From contig NIVC01000087.1 in assembly GCA_002269645.1 (NCBI GenBank), forward strand, positions 372,001 through 436,000: a DNA stretch of 64,000 nt. Direction: 5' to 3'. Made by a program: the position numbers and the translations under genes. This document shows, piece by piece, positions 63,505 through 64,000 of the stretch. Under the pieces are notes generated by a model, which saw only the letters and a list, made by a program, of their open reading frames with translations, had not been told where the DNA came from and made no database searches. How positions within the stretch are numbered: position 1 is the first letter of the stretch; the number at the start of each line of letters is the position of its first letter. The DNA comes from Macrostomum lignano (lineage: Eukaryota).

Positions 63505-64000
63505 GCTGATTGTGTCTCCTCATGTGTCATTGTGTCTCTGATTGTATCACTGATTGTGTCTCCTCATGTATCATTGTGTCTCTGATTGTATCACTGATTG
63601 TGTCTCCTCATGTGTCATTGTGTCATTGATTGTATCACTGATTGTGTCTCCTCATGTATCATTGTGTCTCTGATTGTATCACTGATTGTGTCTCCTCATG
63701 TGTCATTGTGTCACTGATTGTATCACTGATTGTGTCTCCTCATGTATCATTGTGTCTCTGATTGTATCACTGATTGTGTCTCCTCATGTATCATTGTGTC
63801 TCTGATTGTATCACTGATTGTGTCTCCTCATGTGTCATTGTGTCACTGATTGTATCACTGATTGTGTCTCCTCATGTATCATTGTGTCTCTGATTGTATT
63901 ACTGATTGTGTCTCCCCATGTGTCATTGTGTCACTGATTGTATCACTGATTGTGTCACTGATTGTGTCTTCCCATGTGTCATTGTGTCACTGATTGTATC
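63505..64000. repeat. 44-bp minisatellite in NDST intron 3 (runs off the window)
   Basis: Unit TGATTGTGTCTCCTCATGTATCATTGTGTCTCTGATTGTATCAC. Confidence 0.92.

Overview
This is eukaryotic (metazoan) DNA with GC-rich spliced exons, AT-rich introns and many minisatellites. The style suggests a flatworm such as Macrostomum, which is an inference only. Four intact-looking host genes were assembled by hand from GT/GC-AG boundaries. (1) The 5' half of a PDZ-RGS(RH)-RhoGEF of the RhoGEF2/ARHGEF11/12 family lies on the minus strand (19647 to 3231, 11 exons, continuing off the left edge). (2) A 4-exon, ~400-aa gene on the plus strand (29283-32792) carries a complete R-S-ExE (cholera-toxin-type/ARTC) ADP-ribosyltransferase signature with no obvious signal peptide or GPI tail; this is the most interesting find. 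(3) A 2-exon RSBN1/KDM9-type demethylase lies on the minus strand (39306-37515). (4) The first 3 coding exons of an NDST heparan-sulfate N-deacetylase/N-sulfotransferase lie on the plus strand (from 59847/59880, continuing off the right edge). Between the genes are decayed mobile elements: two Tc1-like TIR deletion derivatives, a mariner remnant, an RTE-like LINE 3' fragment, a THAP/P-element transposon, a Ty3/Gypsy pol region and two foldback/MITE-like elements. Most long ORFs in the supplied track are artefacts of tandem repeats. Other patterns noted: most introns carry their own private minisatellite starting just after the 5' splice site; two arrays have higher-order repeats; there is a ~2-kb polypurine tract; and the palindrome TAGGCCTA is strongly over-represented in AT-rich DNA. 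No CRISPR arrays, rRNA or tRNA genes were seen.
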